Assembly (NCBI GenBank): GCA_965222375.1
Contig: CBDCTZ010000015.1
Location: forward strand, 416,001-480,000
Source of the DNA: Polyangiaceae bacterium
GTDB taxonomy: Bacteria > Myxococcota_A > Polyangia > Polyangiales > Polyangiaceae
DNA: 64,000 bases
Reading direction: 5' to 3'
Shown: positions 39,289 through 49,291 of the stretch, piece by piece
Numbering within the stretch: position 1 is the first letter of the stretch
Layout of the letters: every line of letters starts with the position of its first letter
Program-made: the position numbers and the translations under genes
The notes under the pieces: model-generated
The model's database searches: none
The model's input: only the letters and a program-made list of their open reading frames with translations
Told to the model about the DNA's origin: nothing

Positions 39289-40965
39289 TTACTTCACGGG
39301 GGGTGGCGCGATGAGGGACAGGTTCAGCCCGCCTGGGTACTGGTAGCTGGTGTACTCACCGTAGCCGACCACCTGGATCCCCACTGGTACGTCGCTACGG
39401 AGCACGTGAGCGCCACCTTGACCCGGGCCAAGCTTGGCCCGCGCCACTCCGTAACCTCCCGAAAGCGGCTGGGGCGTCGCAGGCAGCGGCGCGCCATCTA
39501 GTGTCACTTGCGCGCCCATGGGCATCACCACGTCGACGTAGCTGACCTGATAGTCGTCCGGCGCCAAGAACACGTACTTGGTGCGGTACTGCTCCACCGC
39601 GGTCATTTGGCTCTGAGCCGGATCGCCCTTTTGTTGGCCAACGGGGGCGTTGGGATCGACGACGCTGCCGCCGAGCTGGAATGACGCGACCGCAATGGCT
39701 TGGTCGGCCGTCACCTCGAAGTTGCCCTTCACAACCCGCAAGTCGGCGACCTGGCCCGCGTTAATGCTCGTGGGCCAGCCTGGGTCGAAGGAGCCCGCGT
39801 AGGTCAGCGTGGTGCCATCCACATTGCCAATGATGCGCACGACGTGGCCTGGCGTGTCGCCATTGGGGCCCGTGGGCATGGTCACGAAGTAGCGCTTGCC
39901 TAGAGTCTCGGCCGGGAAAACACTTTCCTCCACGTGGTCACAGGCGGGTTGTCCAAAGGGCTGGGTCACGCAGGGCACCCCGGCAATCACCTGCACCGGC
40001 GCCGAGGCTTGAACCAGTGTGCCTCCGAGGTCTGTCGTGCCCGTACCGAAGATTTCGACCACCTCGCCCTTGCCAACGGTAAATTGTGCGGTCTGGTTCG
40101 GACCCGTCGCCTGAATGCCTCCACCAGCGGCAAACGCGCCGTACTGTGACGCCTTCACCGTGACGCTCGTGTTGTCAGCGGTACCAACGATGGCAACGTA
40201 GGGCGCCGTGCTGAAACCACCCTGCGAGAAGCCGTTCAGCGAAGACACGCGGTAGTTGCCGGTCATGGCCGTGCTGGGCAGCAACAGAGAGGCATCGTTG
40301 CTGTACGAGAAACAGCCTACGGCTTGTCCAAACTGCGCGCAGATTTGGTTTCCTTTGCAGCTAGACCAGTTCTTGCCGGGCGGGCCACCCTGTCCTTTGT
40401 ACTGCAGTGCATTGAATTGATAGACCGTGACCGGGACAGAGCTGGTCAAGTTGTAGGCCCCCTGCGGCGCGCGCAGGGAAGTAGTCACGGGCTGGGAGCT
40501 CCCGCACTCGTCAGCTTCCGTTGGCTTCAGCGCTGGTACCCAGGGGAGATAGAACTTCTCCAGAGAGTTCGGTTGCACCACGCCGGCGGCAACCTGGTTG
40601 CCAGCCATGGTGATTGTGATTGCCGCCGGTAGGTCCCCAGCGTTGGCGACAATCACCGCGAAGTCGAAGATGTTCCAAACCGAGTTGGTCACTGGCGTAG
40701 GCCAGAAGTCGCAGCCCACGTAGGTCTTGGAGATAGCCGCCTCTGCACACGTCTTGGGATCCGCACCTGGCGGCGTTCCACCAGTGCCACCGCCGTCGGT
40801 CGCGATGATGGCGCCGCTTCCGCCGTTGGCAGCCGCTGCGCCAAAACCGCCAGCGCCGCCAGCACCCCCGTTGACGCCACTGCCGCCGCTCGTGCTGGAG
40901 CAGGCCAACGGCCCCAAAATCACGCACGAGAGCGCCACCCCCGAAGCCAAGAGCACCTTATTCAT
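39289..40965 (-). CDS. IgGFc-binding-protein N-terminal domain lipoprotein
   Basis: YVGCDFW, PVTVYQFN, SNDASLLLP, CDHVEE, GDPAQ..VEQYRTKYVF and SYQYPGG. Confidence 0.85.
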   Translation of the reverse strand: MNKVLLASGVALSCVILGPLACSSTSGGSGVNGGAGGAGGFGAAAANGGSGAIIATDGGGTGGTPPGADPKTCAEAAISKTYVGCDFWPTPVTNSVWNIFDFAVIVANAGDLPAAITITMAGNQVAAGVVQPNSLEKFYLPWVPALKPTEADECGSSQPVTTSLRAPQGAYNLTSSVPVTVYQFNALQYKGQGGPPGKNWSSCKGNQICAQFGQAVGCFSYSNDASLLLPSTAMTGNYRVSSLNGFSQGGFSTAPYVAIVGTADNTSVTVKASQYGAFAAGGGIQATGPNQTAQFTVGKGEVVEIFGTGTTDLGGTLVQASAPVQVIAGVPCVTQPFGQPACDHVEESVFPAETLGKRYFVTMPTGPNGDTPGHVVRIIGNVDGTTLTYAGSFDPGWPTSINAGQVADLRVVKGNFEVTADQAIAVASFQLGGSVVDPNAPVGQQKGDPAQSQMTAVEQYRTKYVFLAPDDYQVSYVDVVMPMGAQVTLDGAPLPATPQPLSGGYGVARAKLGPGQGGAHVLRSDVPVGIQVVGYGEYTSYQYPGGLNLSLIAPPPVK

Positions 40966-41011
40966 GGGCGGACTTTACGACAGACTCCGACACCTGCAAC
41001 CGCTGCCCCGG

Positions 41012-42322
41012 CTAAGTGGGGTACTTTTTGGCCAGCGTCGACAATAAAGCGACTGTTTCGCTCAGGGGGACCGCGCTATCCGAGGCCTGGGCCAAGAAGC
41101 GCCGAATCTCCGGCAGTGCGGAAATGGCGCGATCCACGCTGGGATCGCTGCCCTTGGCGTAGGCGCCCAACGCGATCAGGTCGCGCTTGGCTTCGTAGGC
41201 CGCAGCCAGGGTGCGGATCTGCTGCGCCGCAGCTGCGTGCTCGGGGCTCACCACGGCGTTCATCACTCGGGAGAGGGACACCGTGGCGTCGATGGCCGGG
41301 TAGTCGCCCCGGGCGGCGATATCGCGACTCAGCACCACGTGACCGTCCAGGATGCCTCGCACCTCGTCGGCAATGGGCTCGTCCATGTCGCCGCCCTCCA
41401 CCAGCACCGTGTAGATGGCCGTGATGGCTCCTGCTTGTCCTTGCCCACTCCGCTCGAGCAGGCGCGGCAGCATGGCGAAGACGCTCGGCGGATAACCTCG
41501 GCGTGCCGGTGGTTCACCCGCGGCCAGCCCGACTTCACGCTGTGCCCGGGCCACACGAGTCACGGAGTCCACGAGCAAGAGCACGCTCTTGCCCTGGTCC
41601 CGGAAGTACTCGGCGTGAGCTGTGGCAACTTGCACCGCTCGCAGGCGCTCCAACGGTGGAGCGTCACTGGTGGCAACCACCACGACGCTGCGCTGTCGTC
41701 CGGCTTCGCCCAAGGTGTGCTCCAAGAAGTCGCCCACCTCACGTCCGCGTTCGCCCACCAAAGCCACCACCACGACGTCCGCATCCGTGCCGCGGGCGAT
41801 GGAGCCCAACAATGTGCTCTTGCCGACGCCGGAGCCCGCGAACAGGCCAACTCGCTGACCCACTCCGAGTGTCATGAGCCCGTCGATGGCGCGCACCCCC
41901 GTGGTCAGCGGCTGCGTCACCGGGCGACGACCCAGTGCGGCCGGCGGGGCGCGATCCACGGGCACGGTCACCAGATCTTCGGGCGCGGCCATTCCGTCCA
42001 CGGGACGACCCAACCCATCCAAGACCCGCCCGAGAAGCGATGACCCGGCACCCACCACGAGCCCCGCGCCCGTAGACTCGACGGCATCGTCCGGTCCCAC
42101 GCCCGTCAGCTCGCCCAGGGGGATCGCGACAGCCTCGCCCACGCTGAAGCCGACGATTTCGGCAAACAGCGGTTCGCCGCGACGGCGGATCACCACCACA
42201 TCTCCGACCCGGGCGCTGGGCACGGCCACACGAATGGCTAACCCGGTGACGGCGCGAACCGTCCCAACTGGTCTGAGCGCAGAGGCGTCCGCCAGCCGCG
42301 CGCGCAGGGCGTCGATATCCAC
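41012..42322 (-). CDS. FliI/YscN (SctN) family export ATPase
   Basis: TGVRAIDG..GQRVGLFAGSGVGKS, GERGREV, DSVTR, GEPPARRGYPPS and DGHVVLSR. Confidence 0.92.
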   Translation of the reverse strand: MDIDALRARLADASALRPVGTVRAVTGLAIRVAVPSARVGDVVVIRRRGEPLFAEIVGFSVGEAVAIPLGELTGVGPDDAVESTGAGLVVGAGSSLLGRVLDGLGRPVDGMAAPEDLVTVPVDRAPPAALGRRPVTQPLTTGVRAIDGLMTLGVGQRVGLFAGSGVGKSTLLGSIARGTDADVVVVALVGERGREVGDFLEHTLGEAGRQRSVVVVATSDAPPLERLRAVQVATAHAEYFRDQGKSVLLLVDSVTRVARAQREVGLAAGEPPARRGYPPSVFAMLPRLLERSGQGQAGAITAIYTVLVEGGDMDEPIADEVRGILDGHVVLSRDIAARGDYPAIDATVSLSRVMNAVVSPEHAAAAQQIRTLAAAYEAKRDLIALGAYAKGSDPSVDRAISALPEIRRFLAQASDSAVPLSETVALLSTLAKKYPT

Positions 42323-42441
42323 TCGCCGGGAGTATAGAACAATGAGCCTGGTGGTTGCCTCGTCGCCCCCAGATCCAGCCGGCGCCGGCCAAAACCACCA
42401 AGAGTTGCCCAAGGGGGCGGTCCAGTGCCAGGCTTGCGAGC

Positions 42442-43089
42442 GTGCGGAAGCTGCTCCTAGCCGTAGTTCTCGTGGGCACTGTCGGGCCTGGTTGCCGGGC
42501 GCGGCTCAACGCCAATGCGAGCTTGAACGCCAAGACGAACAATTCCGAGGAGTTCACGGAGCCCCTGGACGGCGAAAAGGGCCAAGGCGAATCGGACTTC
42601 AACGACGGCAAGGATACGCCGCTGTTGGGCGCACGCCATGACGTGAAGTTGGCCAGCACTCAGGGCGCGGCTCAATGTAAATGCATGTCCGTCGTAGTCG
42701 GTGGCGCGGATGCCGCCGGCCTTACCTGGCAAGGGCCGCCCCCGAAGATCAATCCGGCGACGCAGCTCGTGCTCGGTCTGACCTCCGAAGGGGCTGCATG
42801 TGAAGGCGCGCCCGAAGGCTCCCTAGGCGCGTCCTATTGGGGCTACCGGGTCTCGGGCGAGGACGTGATTGTGATCGTGGAATCGGCGCGCTTCGGCAAG
42901 CCGATCACCCAGGGCGCCATCATTCCAAAGCCCCTGGGAGGCGGTCAGATCTTCGTCAAGCCCGCCAGCAAGAGCTTGGTCTACGGCCGGCCTCTGAATG
43001 CGGCCGATTCCCTGTGCAAGGTCTACAGCGTCCCGGCCGCAAACGGCACTGCTACGTCCCAACCGGCGGGCACCATGGAGGGCAAGTAG
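42442..43089 (+). CDS. Hypothetical lipoprotein
   Basis: VRKLLLAVVLVGTVGPGC signal peptide. Confidence 0.7.
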   Translation: MRKLLLAVVLVGTVGPGCRARLNANASLNAKTNNSEEFTEPLDGEKGQGESDFNDGKDTPLLGARHDVKLASTQGAAQCKCMSVVVGGADAAGLTWQGPPPKINPATQLVLGLTSEGAACEGAPEGSLGASYWGYRVSGEDVIVIVESARFGKPITQGAIIPKPLGGGQIFVKPASKSLVYGRPLNAADSLCKVYSVPAANGTATSQPAGTMEGK

Positions 43090-43121
43090 CTCACCCTGAA
43101 CCCCCGGGCGCGCCGAACCGT

Positions 43122-44261
43122 TCACTTCTTCTTGACCTGCAAGGCCTGGGCGAGGGATTCGCGACGCGCTTGAATCGTGGGCCCCAAGAACGTCATCACG
43201 AAACGGGCGAACTGATCCTTGGGAACCGGCGCGCACACCTCGGCGTAGGCGTACTGGACTGCACGACGCATTTCAGCCGCCGTTTGAAAACGGTCTTGGG
43301 GCTCGCGAGCCAAAGCGCGATACACGATCTCCGACACGGGCCGCGGCGTGCCCGCGGGCAGTGGCGGAACTGGCTCGCCGTACTTGATCTGCCTGACAAT
43401 GCTGGGGATATCGCCTTCGTAGGGCAGTCGCTGCGCGATCAGGCGATACAGCACGACGCCTACGGCCCAAATATCCGTTCGCCGATCCGGCACAGCGCGT
43501 AGCACCTGTTCTGGAGCCATGTAGCTGACCTTGCCCTTGAGCACGCCCGTGCGGGTCTGCTCGGCCAATCGCTCACTGGCCTTGGCTACGCCAAAGTCGA
43601 TCAGCTTCACGTCTCCATGGGATGACAGCATGATGTTGGACGGTGAAACATCTCGATGCACCACGTTGAGGTGCTCTCCCTTGGCGTCGCGCAGCTCATG
43701 AGCCTGATGCAACCCCAAGCAACACTCCCCAATGATGCGTAGCGCAATCGCCAGGGGCACCTCCTTGCCCTTGGCCACCAGTGCGCGAAGCAGAGAACTG
43801 AGCGTATCGCCCTCCACCCACTCGAGAGCGACGTAAGGCACATCCCCGTGCACACCCACATTGCGAATGCTCACCACATTCGGGTGGCGAATCTCCGAGA
43901 GCAACTTGGCTTCGTCCAAGAACATGTGCACGAAGGCTTGGTCGTGGCTGAGGCTCGGCAGAAGCGTCTTGAGAGCGATGACTTCTTTCTGACCCGTGGA
44001 GCGGCGGCGCCAAGCCATCCACACGAAGGCCATGCCGCCCTTCGCCAGGCGGGTCACCAATTGGTAGCGGCCAATCTTCGCGCCTGCCTGCAGCGGCGTC
44101 GGGAACAGCGGCACCTCAGGGGGCTCGCTGGTCTTGGCTACGACCCGCGCCCAGCGAGCCTGCAATTTTCCGGTCCCAGTGATCGTGTCCGTATCCGTCT
44201 CTTCCCACTCGCTGTTGGGCGATAGGTCGGGGACTTTCTCGGGTGGGTCGGAGGCGGCCAT
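43122..44261 (-). CDS. Cytoplasmic Ser/Thr protein kinase
   Basis: LAKGGMA, ALK, HRDVSPSN, DFG and GKVSYMAPEQ. Confidence 0.93.
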   Translation of the reverse strand: MAASDPPEKVPDLSPNSEWEETDTDTITGTGKLQARWARVVAKTSEPPEVPLFPTPLQAGAKIGRYQLVTRLAKGGMAFVWMAWRRRSTGQKEVIALKTLLPSLSHDQAFVHMFLDEAKLLSEIRHPNVVSIRNVGVHGDVPYVALEWVEGDTLSSLLRALVAKGKEVPLAIALRIIGECCLGLHQAHELRDAKGEHLNVVHRDVSPSNIMLSSHGDVKLIDFGVAKASERLAEQTRTGVLKGKVSYMAPEQVLRAVPDRRTDIWAVGVVLYRLIAQRLPYEGDIPSIVRQIKYGEPVPPLPAGTPRPVSEIVYRALAREPQDRFQTAAEMRRAVQYAYAEVCAPVPKDQFARFVMTFLGPTIQARRESLAQALQVKKK

Positions 44262-44362
44262 GGCGGACGCGAGGTCGCGATGTTCAAGGATACGCGCTGC
44301 AAGGAGCAAAAAAAAGGCGCCCGGCCCTGAACGTCTTTTCCTGGGCCGGCCCGCCCGGCAGG

Positions 44363-45937
44363 ATGGCCCTCATGCGGCAGGCCCTCGAGAGCATCGCTGA
44401 ACAGCGCGGATTGACCACGGAATTCGGCCCTGAGCTGATCGCCTCGGCGAAGCGAGCCATCGCCGAAACGCCCCTGGATGAGGCGGCACTGGTCGACCTC
44501 ACTGCCTGCCCTTTTGTGACTATCGACGGTCGAGACACGCGAGATCTGGACCAAGCCGTCTTCGTCGAGCGCAACGGCGACGGATTGCGCGTGGACTACG
44601 CCATTGCGGACGCCTCGAGCTTCGTCATGCCGGGACAGCCCTTGTTCGAAGAGTCGCTGAGCCGAGGTAGCAGTTTCTATCTGCCCGGACTGTGCGTGCC
44701 GATGCTGCCCCGGTTGCTGAGCGAGGGCGCCATCTCCCTGAACCCCGAAGTCCTCCGCCGCGCCGTCATCTTCCGCATGGACTTGGATGCCAAAGGAGAG
44801 GTCGTGGAAACGACCATCTTGCACGCGCGGATCTTCAGCCACGCCAAGCTGGCTTTCGAGGACGTTCAGGACTTCTACGACAGCCCGGGCGACCATCCCA
44901 TCGCCAAGGCGCCGTATGCCGAAAGCCTGAAGCTACTCAAAGAAGCAGGGCAGCTTCGAATGGCCCGAGCCGACGAGCGCAACGTGGTACGCTTCCGCCG
45001 CACGGAAGTGCGGGTCGGTGTGTCCGAGGGCCGTGCTGTGATCGCCCGAGAGCTGCGACTCGCCGTGGAGAAGTACAACGAGCAAGCCAGTCTGCTCTGC
45101 AACGTCGAGGGCGCCCGTAAGCTCCACGAGGGGGACACCGCCAAAGACGCCGTGGAGCCTATTTTTCGCGTACACGCGGGGCCAAACGCCGAAACCCTGG
45201 GCGAACTCGACGCCCTGCTCGAGCAGCTCGTTGGGCTGTACAAACTCGACCCCAAGGTCTGGCAGCGACGCCCCGACGAGCGCAGCCTGTCCGACTGGCT
45301 CGACAGCTTGCCCCGAACCGGCCGCGAGCGCCGAGTCGCCCTCGCGGTGCATCGTCAAGCCATGATGAAGACCGGGCGCTCGGCATTCAGCGCCGAGCCC
45401 GGCGCCCACTTCGGAGTGGGCGCGGAGGTCTACGGGCGCTTCTCGGCACCCATGCGCGAAGTGGTGGGCGTCTACTTGCACCGAGAGCTGATGGAGCGTG
45501 TGGCGGGGCGGTCCTTCGACACACCCGGGGCCCTCGGCGGCGTGGCGCTGCGGGACGCTGTGTTGGCAACGGCCAACCGCTCCAAGGAGTTGCAGAAGCA
45601 ACTGACTCGAGACGCCAACTTGCTCGTGATGCAAGAAGTGCTCGATCCGGTCCTCGCTGGGCCAGCCGAAAAACGGCGCTTCAGTGGTACGGTGCTCGGC
45701 GTCGCCCGCAACAAGCTGCACGTACATCTCGATGACCCACCCCTCGAAGTGAAAGCCTACAACCGCGACATTGCCGAGGCCCTCGGCAGCGAAGTGCGCG
45801 CCAAAGACGACGGCGCCGCGCTGTGGAAGAAAGATGGCGCCGCTCTATGCCGCTTGGGCGAAAGGGTTCGGCTGGAGTTGACCGGGAAAGACGCCAAGCG
45901 AAAGCGCTTTGTCTTCCGCTTGCTGCTCGAGGAGTGA
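44363..45937 (+). CDS. RNB-domain (RNase II/R family) exoribonuclease
   Basis: FVTIDGRDTRDLDQA, AIADAS, RGSSFYLPG..PMLP..LS and HFGVG..YGRFSAPMR. Confidence 0.88.
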   Translation: MALMRQALESIAEQRGLTTEFGPELIASAKRAIAETPLDEAALVDLTACPFVTIDGRDTRDLDQAVFVERNGDGLRVDYAIADASSFVMPGQPLFEESLSRGSSFYLPGLCVPMLPRLLSEGAISLNPEVLRRAVIFRMDLDAKGEVVETTILHARIFSHAKLAFEDVQDFYDSPGDHPIAKAPYAESLKLLKEAGQLRMARADERNVVRFRRTEVRVGVSEGRAVIARELRLAVEKYNEQASLLCNVEGARKLHEGDTAKDAVEPIFRVHAGPNAETLGELDALLEQLVGLYKLDPKVWQRRPDERSLSDWLDSLPRTGRERRVALAVHRQAMMKTGRSAFSAEPGAHFGVGAEVYGRFSAPMREVVGVYLHRELMERVAGRSFDTPGALGGVALRDAVLATANRSKELQKQLTRDANLLVMQEVLDPVLAGPAEKRRFSGTVLGVARNKLHVHLDDPPLEVKAYNRDIAEALGSEVRAKDDGAALWKKDGAALCRLGERVRLELTGKDAKRKRFVFRLLLEE

Positions 45938-46018
45938 GGCCTCGTGACAAAGAATGTCCGACCCCGCGCCCGCAGGAAGCGACTGCACGTTCGAGCAGTG
46001 CTAAAAGACGAAACTACG

Positions 46019-46819
46019 ATGTCAGAGGGTGCTCTCGAAGCCGCGCCGCAGGGCGCATTTCGCCTGACCCACCCGGGTCCGGTCCCCGCTCCCCGAGCGG
46101 ACGCCGCGGAAGTGGAGTTCTTGGTCCAGCAGCAGGACGCGGTGGCATTCCTGCGAACCCTGGCCTCCGAGAGCGTCGATCTCCTGGTCACAGACCCCGC
46201 CTACGAGTCCCTGGAAAAACACCGGGCCGTCGGTACCACCACCCGTCTCAAGCGTAGCAAGGCCAGCAGCAACGACTGGTTTGCCATCTTTCCCAACTCA
46301 CGGTTTCCGGAGTTGTTCGCCGAGGCGTTCCGCGTGCTGCGCTCGAATACCCATTTCTACCTCTTCTGCGACCAAGAGACGATGTTCGTGGCCAGGCCCG
46401 CCGCGGAGGCCGCCGGCTTTCGCTTTTGGAAACCCATCGTGTGGGACAAGCGCAAGATAGGCATGGGCTACCACTACCGATCCCGCTACGAGATGATTCT
46501 GTTCTTCGAAAAGGGCAAGCGCCGCCTGTCGGATCTCTCGGTGCCCGACATCTTGGAGGTCCCGCGCATCCGCGGCAGCTACCCCGCAGAAAAGCCGCCG
46601 GAAGTGTCAGAGATATTGATCCGCCAGAGCAGCGTCGAGAGCGAAGTCATCGTGGACCCCTTCATCGGCTCGGGCTCCATCGGCGTCGCCGCCGCGCGTC
46701 TGCAGCGGCACTTCCTGGGTTCGGATATCTGCGCCGAAGCGGTCAGCGTCTCCGACCGGCGCCTGCGGGAAGCCGGTGGCCGCGCATCCCAAGAACTCTA
46801 CGACGCTCTGCGAGCTTGA
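46019..46819 (+). CDS. N4/N6 DNA methyltransferase (beta-type order), orphan
   Basis: SVDLLVTDPAY, IVWDK, YPAEKP and VDPFIGSGS. Start uncertain (45944-46019). Confidence 0.85.
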   Translation: MSEGALEAAPQGAFRLTHPGPVPAPRADAAEVEFLVQQQDAVAFLRTLASESVDLLVTDPAYESLEKHRAVGTTTRLKRSKASSNDWFAIFPNSRFPELFAEAFRVLRSNTHFYLFCDQETMFVARPAAEAAGFRFWKPIVWDKRKIGMGYHYRSRYEMILFFEKGKRRLSDLSVPDILEVPRIRGSYPAEKPPEVSEILIRQSSVESEVIVDPFIGSGSIGVAAARLQRHFLGSDICAEAVSVSDRRLREAGGRASQELYDALRA

Positions 46820-46889
46820 CGCGGCCCGATCTTGAGGCGGCCCGACTGAGCCCTGAGACTCGCGCGCTGCGCTAGGAGAAGACCTCGCC

Positions 46890-47963
46890 TCACAGGCAAT
46901 CGTAGCGGGTGTAGCTCACGCCAGACTCGGTACGCAGGGCGTGCATCACGCCGCCCCCGTCCAGTACCGCAAAGTCCTTGAAGGACTCTTCGGGCAACGT
47001 GTTCGACGGCAGCACCGCGCTACCCGTGGGCGCTCCGCTGACTCCGTCCAGGCAATACAGCAAGACCTCCGTCCCGTTTTCAACGGCTTGCACCTCGGCA
47101 GCAAAGTAGATCGTGCCCGACTTGTCCGAGTCGAGCATCAAGATGTTGTGCACCAGGGTCTGAAGTCGCAGCTCACGGGTGAAACGGTGCTGTTCCGTGG
47201 CACGTTCCACGGACACGACGTACACGCGCCCAGCCTGAGCTTCGATGATACCGGCCTTGAGAAAGGACAGCCCATCCCGACTGGGGCGGCCCGGGATCTC
47301 CGTGCGCGGCTCTGCCGGCACGCCCAGGGTGTTTCCTATCTTCACCAACGGTCCGTGCCCACGCTCGACGTATACGTCCTCGCCGTCCACGAAGACGCCC
47401 GTCACGCTGCCCGGGTCGGGCACGCCTTCGCCCTCGAGCGTCAACTTGCCGCGAAGGTTGCCCGAGGCGTCGTACACACCTACAGCCTTGTCCCGAAAGC
47501 GGTCGAGAACCGCGGCCGAACCATCGGCTCCGAGCGCAATGTCTTCGGGGTACGCCGTGTCGAGCTTTTGAATCCCCTCCGCTTTGCCGTCTCCACCCCG
47601 GCGCACCAAGCGTCCGTTGATGTTGTCCAGCACCGTCATGCGCCCCTTGGAGTCCAGAGCGAAACTCATCGGCCCTTGGGGGTTGCCTTCTTCGGGAGTC
47701 TCGCGGCCAAGTTGGTCGGGCCCGCCACCCCAACTGGCGAAGAAGACGGGATCGCTGCTCTCGACCTTGGCCGCCGGAGCCGCCACCGGTGTGACGGCCA
47801 CAGCCCGTGCAGGTTCCACCGGGAGCTCCTCGGTTTCTTCGACCGCTTCGACCTCGCTAGGCGGCGCCTTGGCCTCGGTGGGCGCGTCTTGGCGCGACGA
47901 CAGCCACGCCAAGGCGCCTACCACACCAGCAACCAACAACAGAGCAGAGAGCTTCTTACGCAT
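46890..47963 (-). CDS. Membrane-anchored beta-propeller-like protein
   Basis: N-terminal TM helix; GPMSFALDSKG..VLDNING repeats. Confidence 0.7.
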   Translation of the reverse strand: MRKKLSALLLVAGVVGALAWLSSRQDAPTEAKAPPSEVEAVEETEELPVEPARAVAVTPVAAPAAKVESSDPVFFASWGGGPDQLGRETPEEGNPQGPMSFALDSKGRMTVLDNINGRLVRRGGDGKAEGIQKLDTAYPEDIALGADGSAAVLDRFRDKAVGVYDASGNLRGKLTLEGEGVPDPGSVTGVFVDGEDVYVERGHGPLVKIGNTLGVPAEPRTEIPGRPSRDGLSFLKAGIIEAQAGRVYVVSVERATEQHRFTRELRLQTLVHNILMLDSDKSGTIYFAAEVQAVENGTEVLLYCLDGVSGAPTGSAVLPSNTLPEESFKDFAVLDGGGVMHALRTESGVSYTRYDCL

Positions 47964-47974
47964 GGCGACACCCG

Positions 47975-49057
47975 CTAGTAGCCGTTGCGGCGAATCGCCT
48001 TATACGAGGACGACGCGGTGCGGTAGCCTTTGATGCAGCCCGCCGAGCAGCCCTTGCATTCGTAGGCGTACATCGTGCCCCAACCATCGCCCTTGGACGC
48101 GATGAAGATGTGCCCGCGACCGTTCTTCCGATACACCAGCGCGTCGGCCTTCTTGACCGAGCTCCGGGAAATAATCTTCCATTGGCTCGAACTCTTGACG
48201 AAGTTTGCCGTACTGTAGGGGTGACTGTCCTTGGTCAGGTCGTTGTTGCTCGACGGCACCTGCCAAACTTTGGCCACCAAGCCCGAGCAGTCGCCGCCGT
48301 AGCTCCCGCCGTGGGAGCAGTTCGGGCAGGAGCCGGAACACCAACCAGCGTTTCCGTTTGGGCCACCCGGGCGGAAGCGACCGTGACCCCACCAGTACGA
48401 GAAACCCACCGCGGAAGCGGCGCGATTCATCGCCGCGGTGACGTTGGCACCGGTTGTACCGCCTCCGGTGCCGCCGCCAGTTCCGCCGCCAGAGCTACCG
48501 TCCTTGCTGTAGTACTTCGCGGAGCTCCAGCCAACTACACCGCCGGAATTGATGTTGTAGAACCCATTGCTCGGGTTGGGGGAAACCAGCGACACTTTCG
48601 AGCCCAGCTTCACGACCTTGAGGATCGAATACGACGTGGAGGGACCGGTGCGCAGGTTCACGTTGCCAATCGCTGTGAGCTCTGCACCCACGGGCTGGGT
48701 GCCAGTACTGCCACCGACCGGCTCGTAATACTTGCCGTAGCTCCAACCGACGGTGCCATTGTGGTCAATGCGGTAGTAGCCGTTTTTTGGCGATGACGTA
48801 TCCACCGTGACCTTCGATCCCTTGGGGACGACATGCAGGATCTTGTACTTGGTGGAGGCGCCCGTACGCAGATTCACGTTGCCGGTCGCCCGAAGCGTGG
48901 TGCCCGCGGGCACGGTACCGGTGAGTCCTTCACCGCCGACTTCGGCGTCCTCGGCCAACTCTTCCGACTCGCCGGTATCGGGAGTGGCCGGCGCACAACC
49001 GAACGGGACAGCGAGGAGACATGCAAACGCGAATGGGACGAATCGTAGCTTTGACAT
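47975..49057 (-). CDS. SH3b x2 + NlpC/P60-like peptidoglycan hydrolase lipoprotein
   Basis: Two NVNLRTG..T.Y.IL...GWS..Y domains; SYWWG..DCSGLV..GHIFI. Confidence 0.8.
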   Translation of the reverse strand: MSKLRFVPFAFACLLAVPFGCAPATPDTGESEELAEDAEVGGEGLTGTVPAGTTLRATGNVNLRTGASTKYKILHVVPKGSKVTVDTSSPKNGYYRIDHNGTVGWSYGKYYEPVGGSTGTQPVGAELTAIGNVNLRTGPSTSYSILKVVKLGSKVSLVSPNPSNGFYNINSGGVVGWSSAKYYSKDGSSGGGTGGGTGGGTTGANVTAAMNRAASAVGFSYWWGHGRFRPGGPNGNAGWCSGSCPNCSHGGSYGGDCSGLVAKVWQVPSSNNDLTKDSHPYSTANFVKSSSQWKIISRSSVKKADALVYRKNGRGHIFIASKGDGWGTMYAYECKGCSAGCIKGYRTASSSYKAIRRNGY

Positions 49058-49086
49058 TGGGGCACTCCAGGTTCGGAGAGTCCCTG

Positions 49087-49102
49087 TGCATGCGTCGTGC
49101 CG
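49087..49102 (-). promoter_or_regulatory. Sigma54 promoter
   Basis: Minus strand reads CGGCACG-ACGC-ATGCA, 30 nt upstream of ATG 49057. Confidence 0.55.
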
Positions 49103-49291
49103 ACGGATCTTTGCAGCGCGTTTGCAAAAACCTGGAGCGTGACGTGGGTAGGACAATGTAGGTGCGTGGGTTTCGTCCGGACGCGCCTCGGAAGACGTCC
49201 GGACGAACGCACGCGCGCACGTCGTCTAGTAGCCGATTAACGAAGAAAACCAACCTCAAACCGTGGCGCCGATCTTGCTACGTCTGCGGGC

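Noticed and set aside
44510..44560. RNB motif DLDQA as evidence of an inactive RNase
   Set aside because: The other acidic residues are retained and this variant occurs in other RNB proteins; not decisive.
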